Notes: generated by a model not told the origin, from the letters alone. A stretch of DNA of 64,000 bases from the human T2T-CHM13v2.0 reference genome, Homo sapiens (GCF_009914755.1 NC_060942.1); one strand, 5' to 3'. Positions 12,746 through 25,700 are shown, numbered from the stretch's first letter. Made by a program: numbers and translations.

Positions 12746-14199
12746 TATTGATGCTGCTACTTCTAATATTGATGATGATGGTTATGATGATGTTGCAAAG
12801 CAAACTTTCTGGAGGTAGAATGGCAAGCATATTATCTTTCTTTTAAATTATGGAAGCATTGCTCTTAAAACACTTGACTAGACCACAACTCTAGTATTTC
12901 AAAAGCTGAGGTTTCTCAGCCCTGCGCAGCATTGAAAACAACATTGAAGAAGTGCAAAGCTAGAAATATTTATTTCCATGTCCTTTAATGTTTAGCAATT
13001 ATAATCAGAAAACTCCATACAGGCAAGTCTCTGCCTTGTAAATATTTTAGCTCTATTACTCTGGTATAGACTGCACTTGTAAAATAAGAAACCACGCTAA
13101 GTGTCTGCTTCTCAATTCATAAAGAAGACATGAAATTCTAAATATCTTACCAAGCCCAAAATAAGCCAAGCAAAGTGCTCTTATAATTCAAAATATAACA
13201 AAGAATAACGCAAAATATGCTCAAATCATCCTTAATTTGTGTCTTAAAATTTGATTGGGATAGCTGCACCATTTACAGCAAGGAAGCTTCTCAGATTGTG
13301 CATCCACGTATTTTGTAGCCATTGTCAATTTTGACATTTACCAGAACGATTTCAAAATGCAAGTATGCAGATTCAATACACCACGGGTCCAGCCGCCTTC
13401 CTCAGGCACATGAGAACATGGAATACACACCAGTGCACATCCACGTGCCACTTCTGTTCCCTGACACCAGTGTTACAGGAGTCATGGGATTCCAGATGAC
13501 CAGGATGTAGCATCAGCCTCATGCCTGACTTGAATCTCAAAACCACTCTCTGCCACTGTGCTTGAAGATCAGTGAAAATACTGCCTTGTGCTCACATTAG
13601 CCTTGTTCTAGCTCCAGGTGACCAGCCAACAAGCAAACCAACGCTTCAACAAAGATTGAAGTGAGAGGGGCTCCTGGCTCCTCACTTCCCCCTGACCACC
13701 CCAAGGGATGGGCCGAACATCAGTGGTCAGCCCTGGGGAGTGAGAACAGGTGGCCAGGGTGGGTTCAGAGTACCAGCTCCCTGTCTGGTGCAGCGTGAGG
13801 CAGGGAGGCTCATGGCTGCACTCCAGCCCACTCACTCCCAATCAAGGCAACTCCCTGTGTACCAAAATGACAAACTCCTGTCCTCCGCACCTGACCACCT
13901 GCCAGTGGCCCTCAAGAGATGTCAAAAATACAGGAGTCTGAAGAAGGTGTGGTCAACAACAGTGAAATTCAGCACAAGATTTTTGCTTGTGCGAGTTACT
14001 AGTTTCCTTAGTTTAAGGTATTTTAAAGAAGAGAACAAAAGAAAATAACATTTTTAAATCATGCCTTTGCACCCCAGGAATATATATGCATTAATGCCGC
14101 CGATGTGTCCAGCACCATGCTCGTAACAGGAAACTCTGGTGAACCTGGCAGGTGGGAACCTGCCCTTGCGGAGGGTAAATCCTTGAGAGAAAGGCAGCA

Positions 14200-14645
14200 T
14201 GTTAGACCGAATGATGTTCCCTGCCCCCCAGGAAATGAGATCCATGCCCTAACTCCTGGAGCCTGTGAATCTTTTCTTATATGGCAAAAAAGAACTTTGC
14301 AGGTGTGATTAAGTTAAGGCTCTTGAGATGGGGGTTTATCCTACATGATCCAGGTGGGCTCAGTGTCGTCACAAGTGCCCTTGTACAAGAGGCAGAGGAT
14401 ATTTAACTACAGAAGAGGAGGAGGAGGCAATGCGACCCCAGAGGCAGAGACTGGAGAGATGGGATCATGAGCCAAGGAACACCTGGGTCCACCAGAAGCT
14501 GGAAGAGACAGGAACAGATTCTCCCCCTTGAGTTTGAGGATTGACACTGATTTAGAACCTCTGGCTTCCAGAACTGGAAGATAACCAACTTTTATTTTTT
14601 TAAGCCACTAAGCGTGAGGTCATTTGTTACGGCAGCTCTAATACA
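14200..14645 (+). mobile_element. MaLR solo LTR (MLT1D-like)
   Basis: ATGGCAAAAAAGAACTTTGCAGGTGTGATTAAGTTAAGG...CTTCCAGAACTG...TTTAAGCCACTAAG...TTTGTTACGGCAGC. Confidence 0.85.
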
Positions 14646-16247
14646 GACAGAATTTTACAAGTATTAATGATCAATTCCTTGAAGCAGACAAGCGAGGTGT
14701 GGTGAGAGAGAGTAACGAGGACAGTGCAGGAGGAACAGTTTCCGGTTGTCAGGGAAGGCTGCTTCCATACCCAGATGACTGCTGCGCTTGGCTGCACAAT
14801 GGATGTGAAGACGCTCAACCTCACCTCCTGCATTTGGGACCCACCATCCCCAGCTCTTAGGCCCCCTTCTCAGTGATCCCTGTCTTGGTATGTGGCACCA
14901 AAGCTGGAAGCCTAAGAGGCATCCCTCACCCCATCGGCCACTGTGTCCATTCACCCCCCTCACAGACCTCTCCACTCTGCCTGCTTCCTTTATCTTCTCT
15001 GGCACAACTCTCATTCGGGCTCACCTGAATGACCGTATTGGACTCCTAATTGCTATCCCAGCCTGCAGCTTACCCCTCTTTAGCCCAGGCAGCCTTCTTG
15101 TAAGAACCCTAATCTGATCCTCTGCTCTGATAGCCCGTGGTGACTTCCCACTGCCATGAAGATCTCGACCGGCAGGTTGAGCAGGGTCTACAAAGCCTGT
15201 CATCCTCCTCCTGGCAGGCTGTGAGCCTGAATAGTGAAGTCTGTTGAGTTCCTCTCATCTACTATGCCCTTTTGTCACTGGGCCTTCATGTATTCTATTT
15301 TTTTGCTGTTGGAAATACTTCTCCCATTCTCCCTAAATTAACCTTTAAGGCTCCACTGACGTATTATTTTCCAAAAACAAAACAAAACAAAAAACAAAAA
15401 CTTGGCCCTATACCTTCAGTCCCACATCTTTGAGCCTCATGTTCCCTTCCCCTCTCACCAAATCATGTAACCATTATTTTGTTTAATGACTATCTTACTA
15501 CCCCACTGTAACCTCCATGAGGGCAGGAAGCTGTGGGTTCCAACTCATTATGCTTTCTTTAGTAGGATTAGAAAGGGATGGAGATGGATCCCATGAACCA
15601 GATATTCTTAGGGACCGTGTTGATGTGTAAACATTTTTGTTCATGATTGCATTGACTAAGAGGCAATCATGCATCTTTATAAGATTGGAGAATAAGACTA
15701 CGAACCTCTGGTTTAGGGGTACCAGGCAACAGGCAAATGCCAGAAAGACAGGTTCACATCCGTCCTGTTACAGAAAACATGCTACCCAGTAGCTCTCCGG
15801 AAGCCAGCACCTGAATCAACCTCTCAGCCATGATCACCCATGACATTCCAGGTGAGAAACGTGTCACAAGAAATGTTTCATCACAGTGAAGCAACAGAGT
15901 TTGCAATTGACTCCTCAAAAGCATAATAAACTAGGGAAGATTTCAGGTTTTCTCCAGGGTGAGAGCAACTTTATTCTCCTGCATTCTGACTTGCTTTCAC
16001 TGAGAACAATGGAGAGGCTGGAGTTATAGTCAGAATTCAGGAACTGGCTGTCATGGGTGGCCTCATTGCTCTACATGCAGCCTGTGATAAATACAGTAAT
16101 TGCCACACCACTGATATCTGTGGCAGTTATAAATACTGCAGTGCTTTCCTCTCCTGCAAACTCAGGGCATGGAGGAGGGCACTGGGCTTCCACATGGCAT
16201 CAAAAATGTGTGTCTGTAGAAGAAAGGCTCACCTCACTGCTCTACAT

Positions 16248-16587
16248 CAGGCGTGGGCAAATATTTTCAGCAAAGGGACAGATAGTAAGTATTTTATGCT
16301 TTGTGGGCCATATAGCTTCATGTTGCAACTACTGAACTCTGCCATGGTAGTGTGAAAGCAGTCACAGACCATGTGGAAGAGAGTAAGCGTGACTGTGTCC
16401 CACTACACTGTTACAACACTGACATGTGAATTTCACTTAACTTTCACATGCTGTGAAATAGCATTCACTTTTTAATCTTTTTTTTTTCAGTTACTATAAA
16501 ATGTTAAAAACATACTTAGCTCACAGACCACTCACAGTCAGGTTGTGCCTGGATATGGCCTATGGGGCAGAGCTTGCGGGGACTTGC
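16248..16587 (+). mobile_element. MER58B-like hAT-Charlie DNA transposon
   Basis: CAGGCGTGGGCAAA terminus; AAAGGGACAGATAGTAAGTATTTT...GCAACTACTGAACTCTGCC. Confidence 0.8.
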
Positions 16588-16649
16588 TCTGGTCCATAAG
16601 AAAATCAAAGGAATTCATGGTAGATTAGGACTTGCAACAAACATGAAAA

Positions 16650-17570
16650 TGATCAAACAAACATATGCAAATGGCCACATATTTTGGAAATGTCAAGGAT
16701 AAAAATGTTGCATATAAGAAACATGTTATTTAAAAACACAAGACTTGTAAACAGTTTAAAGTAACGGAAAATGCAGCAGAAAGTCTAAAAAGCATAATAA
16801 ATTTCTCATAGTGAATAAAGAAAGAAAATTTTCACCATTTAAAATACGTATTAGACTAATGTAATATTTATTTTAAAAGTTTCAAATAACTAGTGGTAAC
16901 ATTTTAAACGTGACATCTACTTTCCAAATCACAAAAGAAAAACAAAGAATAAAGTGAAGAAAATGAGGTCTCTATTTCCAAAATCAAGAAAACAGCAATA
17001 ATCAAGGAAATAATTCTTCAAAAGTGTAGTATTGAAAGAAGAGAGGACTAAGACCCAATATTCTCACGCATTTCTTAAACACAAAGTGATCTTTAAGTCA
17101 TAGCAACTACAACTTATTTAGAAAACACAATGAAACTGGAAACTAATAATAAGAATCTCAGGGAAAATTTCTTTCTATACATTTACAAATGGTATTATAA
17201 AGTATTGTGTAGCCAAAGAGGAAATTAAAAGTGTAAGTATAGAAAAAATAAAACGTGAATATGACAAATTGAGATCTACATAACTAAGCCACACCCACAA
17301 GGAAATGCATTACTTTTGGCATGCTACGTCGATAGAAAACATAGTCTTCAAGCCACACCCACAAGGAAATGCATTGCTACGTCGATAGAAAACACAGAGT
17401 ATTCAAGTATTCAGAAAATAACTTCAAACCTTTCTAATTTAAAGAAAACAGAAGGAAAAATATAATGAAGTAGAAAGCAATAAATCAGAAAATCACAATC
17501 TAGAGTGGATGAATGAATTCACAAAGCAAATCTTTGAAGGAAAATTTGAAACACATTATGAGGGAAAAAG
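16650..17570 (+). mobile_element. Degenerate ancient L1 fragment
   Basis: A-rich; decayed ORF2 5'-like phrases (CACAATGAAACTGGAAACTAATAATAAGA, CAAAGAGGAAATTAAAAG). Confidence 0.5.
17286..17405 (+). repeat. Tandem duplication (~64-bp unit, 2 copies; second copy lacks 11 bp)
   Basis: AAGCCACACCCACAAGGAAATGCATT and GCTACGTCGATAGAAAACA each occur twice exactly. Confidence 0.92.
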
Positions 17571-18811
17571 AGGGACTGGAGGGCCTTGGCCCACAGGAGT
17601 GACTCTGTCAGGTGCAGCGAGAGGAAGCCATGCTGAGGCCCATCTGCAGCCGCTAGCCCTCACCATGGCTACCCAATTCACGAGCCCGTTGGGCAGCTGC
17701 TGGTGGATGAGGAAGGCGTGTGGCTTCTGTCCACTGGTAGGATCATCTTGTCCACTGCTTATTCAATGGCCCCTCTGAGCTGGATGCTTTCCGGTGGATG
17801 TGGTGTAAGATGCAAAGATATGCACACTTTGCACTCATTTCTGCAGATCTGTACACGTGCCTCCAGCCCAGACCTCTTCATCTTTAATCCTCCAGCTTTG
17901 CTCTTTCCAGCTAAGCTCTTTGTCACTTCCCAAGTATCCATTTATGTACTTACGTCAAGTCTCTGCCATTCCATCCAGAAGCCACTTGGAAATGAACTTG
18001 GGCCAGGGCGGGCCCTGCATATCTCCTGACCTCTGTGAGTCCCCATTTCACAGGGAGTGGGGCAGGATAGTGCTTTGGGTTCTCTGGTATCAGCGTCTAT
18101 TAAACTCTGTATCTAATATCTCTCAATAGATCTGGGTATTGTCCTTCCGCCTAGAGTACTAGTTACTCTAGGAAATGACCACAAGTCCCACTGGATGAAA
18201 ACAGTGGAAGCCACGACTGTGTATAACTAGGGTAACACTGCACAGCCTTTGCAAGGAGCCCTGCCTCTCCCATCATCAATGGGCGTTATCTGGAAACTGG
18301 AGGAGGGCTCATGATTTTATCCCAACTGACAAAGGAATTCTGCTGGCCTACCTTTTAAAGTCACTCCTGGAAATGTAAATCAAGCAATATCCTCATTGGC
18401 TTCCTATCTGTCTCTGCCCTAGAAGTCCCAGGGTCTACTAGCCAGGCCCAGAGCCCCACGGGTCCAGGCCCGGATGACACTTAGGCCATGCTGCTCTGTG
18501 CAGTAATGACATTGGTCTTCCCTCTCACCTTCAGCGGCTGGCCCCTGACACTCTGAAATCTTATCATCCTTTTTAACACTCAGGAGACCTGTTCCAAAGT
18601 AACATTTCTTATGTCAGCCCTATTTGCCTGAAGACAGCCCACAGCTGGGCTTTTCACGGCTAGTGGCCCTCCCTGGGGCATTTCTCGCAGTGCTAACAGA
18701 AGGAGTGCCTCCTACACCAACCGCAGGAAACATAGTTGGCCAGTGGATTTTCTGTTCTCATAAAATCAATGTATTTTAAGATGCCATCTTTTCCAACTTG
18801 CTTACTGTAGT

Positions 18812-19012
18812 CCAGGGCTCTGTTGACACTTCGGGCTGGGTAATTCTTTGTTGAGGGGTCCTGTCCTGTGCATTGTGGGGTATTTAGCAGCACCCTTGGT
18901 TTTTATTCACTTGATGCCAGTAGCACTTTCCCTCACTGTGACAGCCCAGAATGTCCCCAGATATTGCCAAATGTTCACTGCGGGACAAAACAACCGAACT
19001 TGAGGGCCAATG
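18812..19012 (-). mobile_element. MER20 hAT-Charlie DNA transposon
   Basis: Reverse complement matches MER20: CATTTGGCAAT...GTGCTACTGGCATC...TGCTAAA...CAATGCACAGGACAG...AAAGAATTA. Confidence 0.88.
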
Positions 19013-19017
19013 CTAAT

Positions 19018-19296
19018 GTAAATAATCATGTAAATAATCATGTAAATAATCACGTAAATAATAATCATGTAAATAATCATGTAAATAATCATGTAAATAA
19101 TAATCATGTAAATAATCATGTAAATAATCATGTAAATAATCATGTAAATAATCATGTAAATAATAATCATGTAAATAATCATGTAAATAATCATGTAAAT
19201 AATCACGTAAATAATAATCATGTAAATAATCATGTAAATAATCATGTAAATAATCATGTAAATAATAATCATGTAAATAATCATGTAAATAATCAT
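19018..19296 (+). repeat. Minisatellite (GTAAATAATCAT)n, 22 units: 17 x 12 bp + 5 x 15 bp (GTAAATAATAATCAT)
   Basis: Directly visible and almost pure; only two CAT>CAC variants (19051, 19204). Confidence 0.97.
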
Positions 19297-19980
19297 GGTT
19301 TCCAAGCTTAGCAGTGATTCTACTGAAATATTGGTTTGGCTGCAGATTTTCTTCTAAGATGTTAAATTCTGGGTCATGAGAAAGTGTTTCTAAATCAATG
19401 GCTTCGCCCTACCCAGCTGTATCTGCCACCCTCCCTGGTCTAGCATATCCCATAACCATTCCTGGTCATACCTTCCCAGTTTCTGGAGGATGGTTCCTTT
19501 TAAAATGAGCCCTTCCTTCTGGAGCCGATGCAGCATTTCCCTGCTTTAGCTGTGCTGAGATTTGATCTTGTTATTGGTCTGGAAGCACTGAGAGGGGAGG
19601 CGCCAATGTTAAGGGGGGCAGACAGCATCTGTCTTGCAAGTCCTCCAGCCCAGGGTGAGTCTGCATGGTCTCCAGGTGATGGGAGGGGGCCATCGGTTCT
19701 GCCAGATAGTGCTCAGGGAAATCGAGGGCTTAAACTCTGAAGACCATCTTCCCAGTGTCCCAGGCCAGGTATCTGGGTCTTACCACTTCTGTGACTTCAG
19801 TGTAGGAGAATTGCCGGGGAAGCAAATTCAGCCCTTCTCTGAAATGCTACCACTCCTGAAATCATATTTTGGGCTTCAGTTTTAGTAAAGTTTGCCTTTG
19901 GGCTACAAGAGAAGAGATCTTCTTAAAAATGCTTCCAGGTAGGCCTTCTCGCTTTTACGATGTTATTTTTTATTTCACAG

Positions 19981-20074
19981 ATTCCATAGTCTTCATCAAC
20001 AATCACCCATTTCCTTGATGTTCATGCTGATGTGTGAGCCAGTCCCTCCCTGCACTCAGCCTGGTCCAGGTCAG
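19981..20074 (+). other. Candidate non-coding exon
   Basis: Acceptor TTATTTTTTATTTCACAG| ending 19980 and donor CAG|GTGAGA after 20074; splice signals only. Confidence 0.2.
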
Positions 20075-20204
20075 GTGAGAGCCCTAGTCATCGTGATGCC
20101 GCAACGGGGCCCAAGTTGTCACTATCTTCTCTCCACCAGTAAAGGTTCCCATCCCATGACCCAATTCTGAGCCTCTGCTTCCTAGAACTACTTCTGGTTC
20201 CACC

Positions 20205-20660
20205 TCTCTTAAGTTTCCTTCTCCAGAAGCAGACCCTGAGAAAAAAAAAACAAAAAACAAAAGATGGAGCGAATGTAGCTTATGGAGGAGGTGGTTTCAG
20301 GAAGGAAAGTGAGACAGAGAAGGGAAGGCAGCCAGGGAAAGTGTCATCAATAAGCACGTTTCTGCTATGGGCGACCAGTGCTCAGCTGTGCTAGAAACCC
20401 CTGGGAGGGGTTGAGAACACGTTCCAGAGCCTTGCATGGGGGATGAGGAGTCTTCTTCTTTACTCTCCAGTTCCCAGACATCGTTGAATGAGAGCTGCTC
20501 CCACAGGTGCCGGCTCCCAACACATGAATCCTGCCCTGTGTGCAGACAGAGTGTGCCATAGAAAGCCCTCAGGTGGGAGCTTCAGCAGGATGCAGTCTGC
20601 ATGCCCAGAACTCAGAGTGCCATGGGCATAGGGGTGGGTATTGTAGACACTGATGGCACC
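20205..20660 (-). mobile_element. MaLR LTR (MLT1I/J-like), degenerate
   Basis: CCAGAAGCAGACCCTGAGA...AAGTGAGACAGAGAAGGGAAGGCAGCCA. Confidence 0.65.
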
Positions 20661-20969
20661 TGCTGCTGGAGAGAGGAAGGGAACTCCCACTGCATAGCCT
20701 AACTGGGGGAAGGCTTGTGGGGTTTTGTTTCTTACTCCCTTTCTTCATTAACTTTGCTTTGGCTTCCTTTTAGGATCTAACCTCTTCACGATGTGTGCAG
20801 TCCTGGTGGATCTCACTAGTCAGTTGCCCTGCCCACCCATCCCTCAAGAGCAAGCCATGGGACCCAAGCGAGGCCAATGGAACCCTCTCCTAGTGGGTTG
20901 GATCTTGAACAAAATGTGCAAGGATTTTAAAAAATGGCTGGGCCTCATTTGTTTTAATAGTAGTTTCTT

Positions 20970-21504
20970 AATCCAGTCTATCATTGTTGGACATTTGGGT
21001 TGGTTCCAAGTCTTTGCTATTGTAAGTAGTGTCACAATAAACATACATGTGCATGTGTCTTTATAGCAGCATGATTTATATTCCTTTGGGTATATACCCA
21101 GTAATGGGATGGCTGGGTCAAATGGATACACCATGGAATACTATGCAGCCATAAAAAATGATGAGTTCATGTCCTTTGTAGGGACATGGATGAAGCTGGA
21201 AACCATCATTCTCAGCAAACTATCGCAAGGACAAAAAACCAAACACTGCATCTTCTCACTCATAGGTGGGAATTGAACAATGAGAACACTTGGACACAGG
21301 AAGGGATACATCACACACCGGGGCCTGTTGTGGGGTGGGGGGAGCGGGGAGGGATAGCATTAGGAGATACACCTAATGTAAATGATGAGTTAATGGGTGC
21401 AGCACACCAACATGGCACATGTATACATATGTAACAAACCTGCACGTTGTGCACATGTACCCTAGAACTTAAAGTATAATAAAAAAAAAGATATATATAT
21501 TTAA
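20970..21504 (+). mobile_element. L1PA4/5-like, 5'-truncated with 5' inversion (20970-21125 inverted; 21126-21489 sense plus poly(A))
   Basis: Antisense L1 then sense L1 3' end (ATACACCATGGAATACTATGCAGCC...CCTAGAACTTAAAGTATAATAAAA); TSD AATAGTAGTTTCTT 20956-20969 / AAAAGTAGCTTCTT 21505-21518. Confidence 0.94.
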
Positions 21505-22779
21505 AAAAGTAGCTTCTTGACATGACCATTGATGGGTTCTTGCTACTCCAACCCTAGACGATGCCCTGAGTCCTATTCCTTATGAGAATGTTTCTCCAGT
21601 CTTTCTTTCATTACTATGAGCTGCATAATATCCTTTCAGTGAAACCATTTGCTGCTTCAGTTGGTCATAACACACTTCTGTTGCTCAAAACCAAATAAGC
21701 CTAATTGATAAGGTGGGCATAGTGCTTGGACTTTCCCAAAGAGAACCGAGTTTCAGAGTATATAGAGGATTGCATAAAAGTAATACAACTAATAAGTGAC
21801 AGAAACAACACTTCAATTCCAAATGTGGTGTTCTTTTTATTAGAACAGCATCCCTCTCTCCTATGTATTTTTATTCCTAAAATCACTCCTGAAACTTTCC
21901 CTCAGCTATAGGCAACATGACTATAAAAGTTTGGTGTAGGTCAGACCTACATTACTTAAACAGATGGAAAGCTGTTTAAAGCATGAGTCCTGTTCTATGT
22001 TTCTTTCTATACCCATCCCCTACTCCAAAGTACATTGTTTTGTATATAGTGGTCAGTTAGATATATTTGCTGATCAATTATCCAAAAGACAAGTGAACGT
22101 TTGAGAAGTGCATAGCTCACACGTCTCTCCACAGGTGTCTTTTGCCAGTTCTTAGGCATTTCCGGTGTGTCTCTAAACCAGTTTTCCCCCCTCAATGGCT
22201 CCTGTCCCTTCAAACATCCTTCCAGGAAGCATTCTGCGGCTGTTCTAGATTCGTACACACCCGAACTTGCCCACTTTATGTTGCAGGTCTGTCTGGTCAC
22301 TCCTGCCTAGCCCTGGGTCCTTTAGGATTAGACACTTCATTGGAAGAACTATTGGTTCCCTGGAGTTGAGCTTCCTGGCTCCTGTTCTCCTGCCTTGACC
22401 TGGTGCAAGGGAATCATCCTCACCCTCATGAGAACTCAGGGCCTCTCTCTGCCTCCACACCAGGAGGGAATTCAGACAGTGAGGGGGACTTTTAGAGCTC
22501 TCTCATACAAAGCTTCCAACAACATTTCATTGTTAGATAAACTATTGACATTTGACATTTGTTCTTGATGTTGACACATTGTGTCACTTTCTTCAGAAAC
22601 TTGTCCCAGTAATTTATCTTTTTGAAATATCTAGCTTTTCTCAATTATAAGGAGGCATAGTTTCATATCATAACCTCATTTCTCAGCCTTTTCAGTACCC
22701 TCTCTGCAGATGTGTATTTTCTAAACCCTCATATGGTTAAATTAAATCATGAACTCCATAGAGTTAAGAGATTTATTCA

Positions 22780-22863
22780 GTTTTGGGTCCCTGGAGTTCA
22801 GCAAAGCACCTAATACATAGTGAGTACTTCCTAAGTGTTTGCTGATCGAATGAATGAATTAAT
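22780..22863 (+). mobile_element. L2 3' end
   Basis: AGCAAAGCACCTAATACATAGTGAGTACT...TGTTTGCTGATCGAATGAATGAAT. Confidence 0.65.
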
Positions 22864-24699
22864 ACATCCGGGATAACTAGTATATGCGCATACTGCATTT
22901 CTAAGTAAATACATACCTTATTCTACATAAAACATTCATGTCCATAGTGATCTCTACTCTATTTCAAGCTAAGATGTGACCTTTTCTTTAAATTATATGA
23001 ACGCGATGGTGAACTTGTGATGAGATAGTTTGCAGTTTCAGTTCTATTAATTACAGCTACCAGTTCAGCCCCAGAGTACGTTGTTTTTCACAGAAGGGGT
23101 GGAAATCAGGGTGGAGGAGGCTGCATATTGAAACCCAGGGTCTTTGTGGCCTCAGCAGGGTGCAAGTTTGGGATTGCAATGTGACTCTTCCATTCTAATC
23201 ATCCATTTTCCCTAGGCCAGTTGCCATCCGTTGGCTATGGAGTGAATTCTAAATTTTCCCTTCCTTCTGTTGGCACATGACATACTATATTTAATTCCCA
23301 AAAGAGGACATCTGTATCTAAGTTGAAATGAAAGAGAAGGTTGAATTCAAAGGTTGCATGTTTTTTTTGTAAAGATCACTAAATAATAGGAGATGAACAT
23401 GCTGCATGTCTGAAATACATTCCCAAGAAGTGGAAAGATAAATCTATTTTCTTTTCAAACTTGGTTTCCATTTGATTTAACTGAAATCACTGCCATTGAC
23501 TATCTTCCTACAAGTCAACTTCATTCTCTCAGAAATGGACAATGATGTAAAAATTTTAACCTGATATTCAAACCTAATTCAAGAGAGTCCAAATCAAAAT
23601 ATACAATAATAGTTATCTCCAATTTCAGAGCTCCTTTGTCCTGCTTTTCCCCCTCAAACTCAGGATACGTTAATTTATTGTTATTAGTCTCCGTTGAAGC
23701 TCGTCTGTCACATCGTGGAGGTAATAATGGGCTGTTTAGTATTCTCTGCATAAGGTACTCCAGGCCTTGAATGACAACACTGGCCATTTCTTTGTATGAA
23801 AAACCCTATGATAATGTTGGGTATCATGAATATTTAACTTGAGATATCTGTTTGTGAACGTGTGTGTATCTGCATGAGCATGTGTTTGCCAGAGTATGAT
23901 ATCCACAGTGAAATGATCCCTAACCAAAAGTGGGTGAAAAAACAACTAATGTAAATTCCAAACACCGCAGGACATCAGGATCAGTGTTCTGGGATATGAT
24001 TAGCTTCCGAGTTGTGGAACTCTGTGAAACAAAGATAGATCTCGGTGGAACTTAACATACAGGGGGAGAAAGGCAGAAATGGAGAGGGAAAAACAGAGTC
24101 AAAATGAAACAATAGAGCAAGTAAATATGAGCTGAAATCATTAGTGTCAATTACTCTCATTCAACTCATATGTGACCAAATATAAAAATGGTTTTGGGAT
24201 TGAGTTGCTGAAAAATTCAACAGATAGAAAGAATTGGGGCATATTAATGTCCTTCTGGAAGGCTTAATTTGGGGTGTGGGGAAATACAGTTTTATGCTTC
24301 ATATTTTTTGTCACTCTGATGAGCAGCACTTTCTAGTGAGAAAGAATGAAAATGACAACAAATGGATTCTGTGGAGGAGCAGACAAAAGCAGCACGAGAC
24401 ACTCTCTAAAATGAGTCCTTTCTAGTTAAAAGCAGAGGGAAAAAGCTGCTCTTGTAATATCTGATTAAAAGGACAGTGTAAACACTTAGTAAACAGGAAG
24501 AAAAGGTTCATTGTGCGAAATGGGGCTACTAGAGGAGAGCTGGAAAAATTTTCATGACGTGCACTGCATTCTGGCAGCCATGGGAAATGGGTAGAGAGTT
24601 TTATGTGTGTGCCAGACCTGAGCCCAGGCACAGGCAGAATTGTGCCAGTATCACCCCAGCGCTACGTTCCATAAAGAGGTGGGCTACAGGGCCAGAGGG

Positions 24700-24855
24700 C
24701 TGATGTGGGCCAGCTCCCCACTGCCTGTCACCACTCTGTGACCTTGGGCAGGTTTCTGAACCTTCCAAAACTTTTTGGTAAGATGTGAAGATTAAATGGG
24801 ATAATGTATACAAAACATCTAATAGCAATTTATAGGTATTATTATTATTATCATT
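24700..24855 (+). mobile_element. MIR fragment
   Basis: CTGTGACCTTGGGCAGG...GTGAAGATTAAATGGGATAATGTATA...(TAT)n tail. Confidence 0.7.
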
Positions 24856-25089
24856 CATACTATTTCTAGCAAAATGAATAAAGTGCAAGGAACTTCACCA
24901 ATTCATCAGTGTCTTGTTCCGTCTCCCAGGGCACCCTGAACTGGAGTCAGGACTCAGAGCTGTCAGCTGATGGAAGCACAGACCGTTGTCATTTCTTCTG
25001 TAGTAAGGCAATACTCAATGTGCTGAGTGTTGTGGTTCTCTCTCTACCCACCACTAAGTATTTCTCAAGGGTTCAGATAGAGCCCTTTT

Positions 25090-25700
25090 CCCTCCTCTCT
25101 TTCTGCTGTCCCATTGTAACTGCCTTGGCTACTATTCCAAACTCGCCAATGACACCCTCCATCCTGAGCCTGTCCTCAGACTCTCTTCTGCACACACTTC
25201 CCCTGATCTTGTCAAAACGCTGACATGGATGCCAAAGAGGCATTTCCACTCAGCCCAACCAAAAGTGCTCAAAAATATTTCTCCCTCCACCCACATACTC
25301 ACTTTCTGTTGTTTCCCATTCTGTCTATGGTTAACCATCCCCCCAGTCTCCCAGGCCAGACACGACAGTGTCATCACAGCCCCCTCCCCTCCCAGGCGTG
25401 TTCAGACAGTCCCTGAGCTGGTGGGTTCCACCCTAGATGCTCCTCATCACTCCTGGGGGGCTGCACCAGCCCCGTCTCCTGCAGCCCCTCACCTGGAGAG
25501 CTGCATCACTTTCTAGTGCCTCTTCCCCACTCACTGCCCCGGTCCCTTCGTGGCTGTTTCACTCATCGCTGTTAAAATACAAATATGGCCTTTATGTCTC
25601 TTCTACAACAATCTCCAGTGGTGTCCCATTGCTCTAGAACAAAATCCTGACCCCTCCGGTTGGCACTCAATGCCTTCACGGCCTGGTCACATATGGCCTT
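25090..25700 (+). mobile_element. L2 fragment (degenerate)
   Basis: Pyrimidine-rich L2-like phrases such as CTCCAGTGGTGTCCCATTGCTCTAGAACAAAATCCTGAC. Confidence 0.55.

Noticed and set aside
18868-19311. 147-aa (VNNH)n ORF and antisense 132-aa (MIIY)n ORF; repeat array superficially CRISPR-like
   Set aside because: Frames are open only because the repeat units are multiples of 3. The plus ORF starts at GTG inside MER20. The array has no unique spacers and the DNA is eukaryotic.
20844-21134. ORF with similarity to the L1 ORF2 C-terminus (also 34725-34955, 57965-58198)
   Set aside because: Short remnants of truncated L1 copies; no intact ORF1 or ORF2 in the window.
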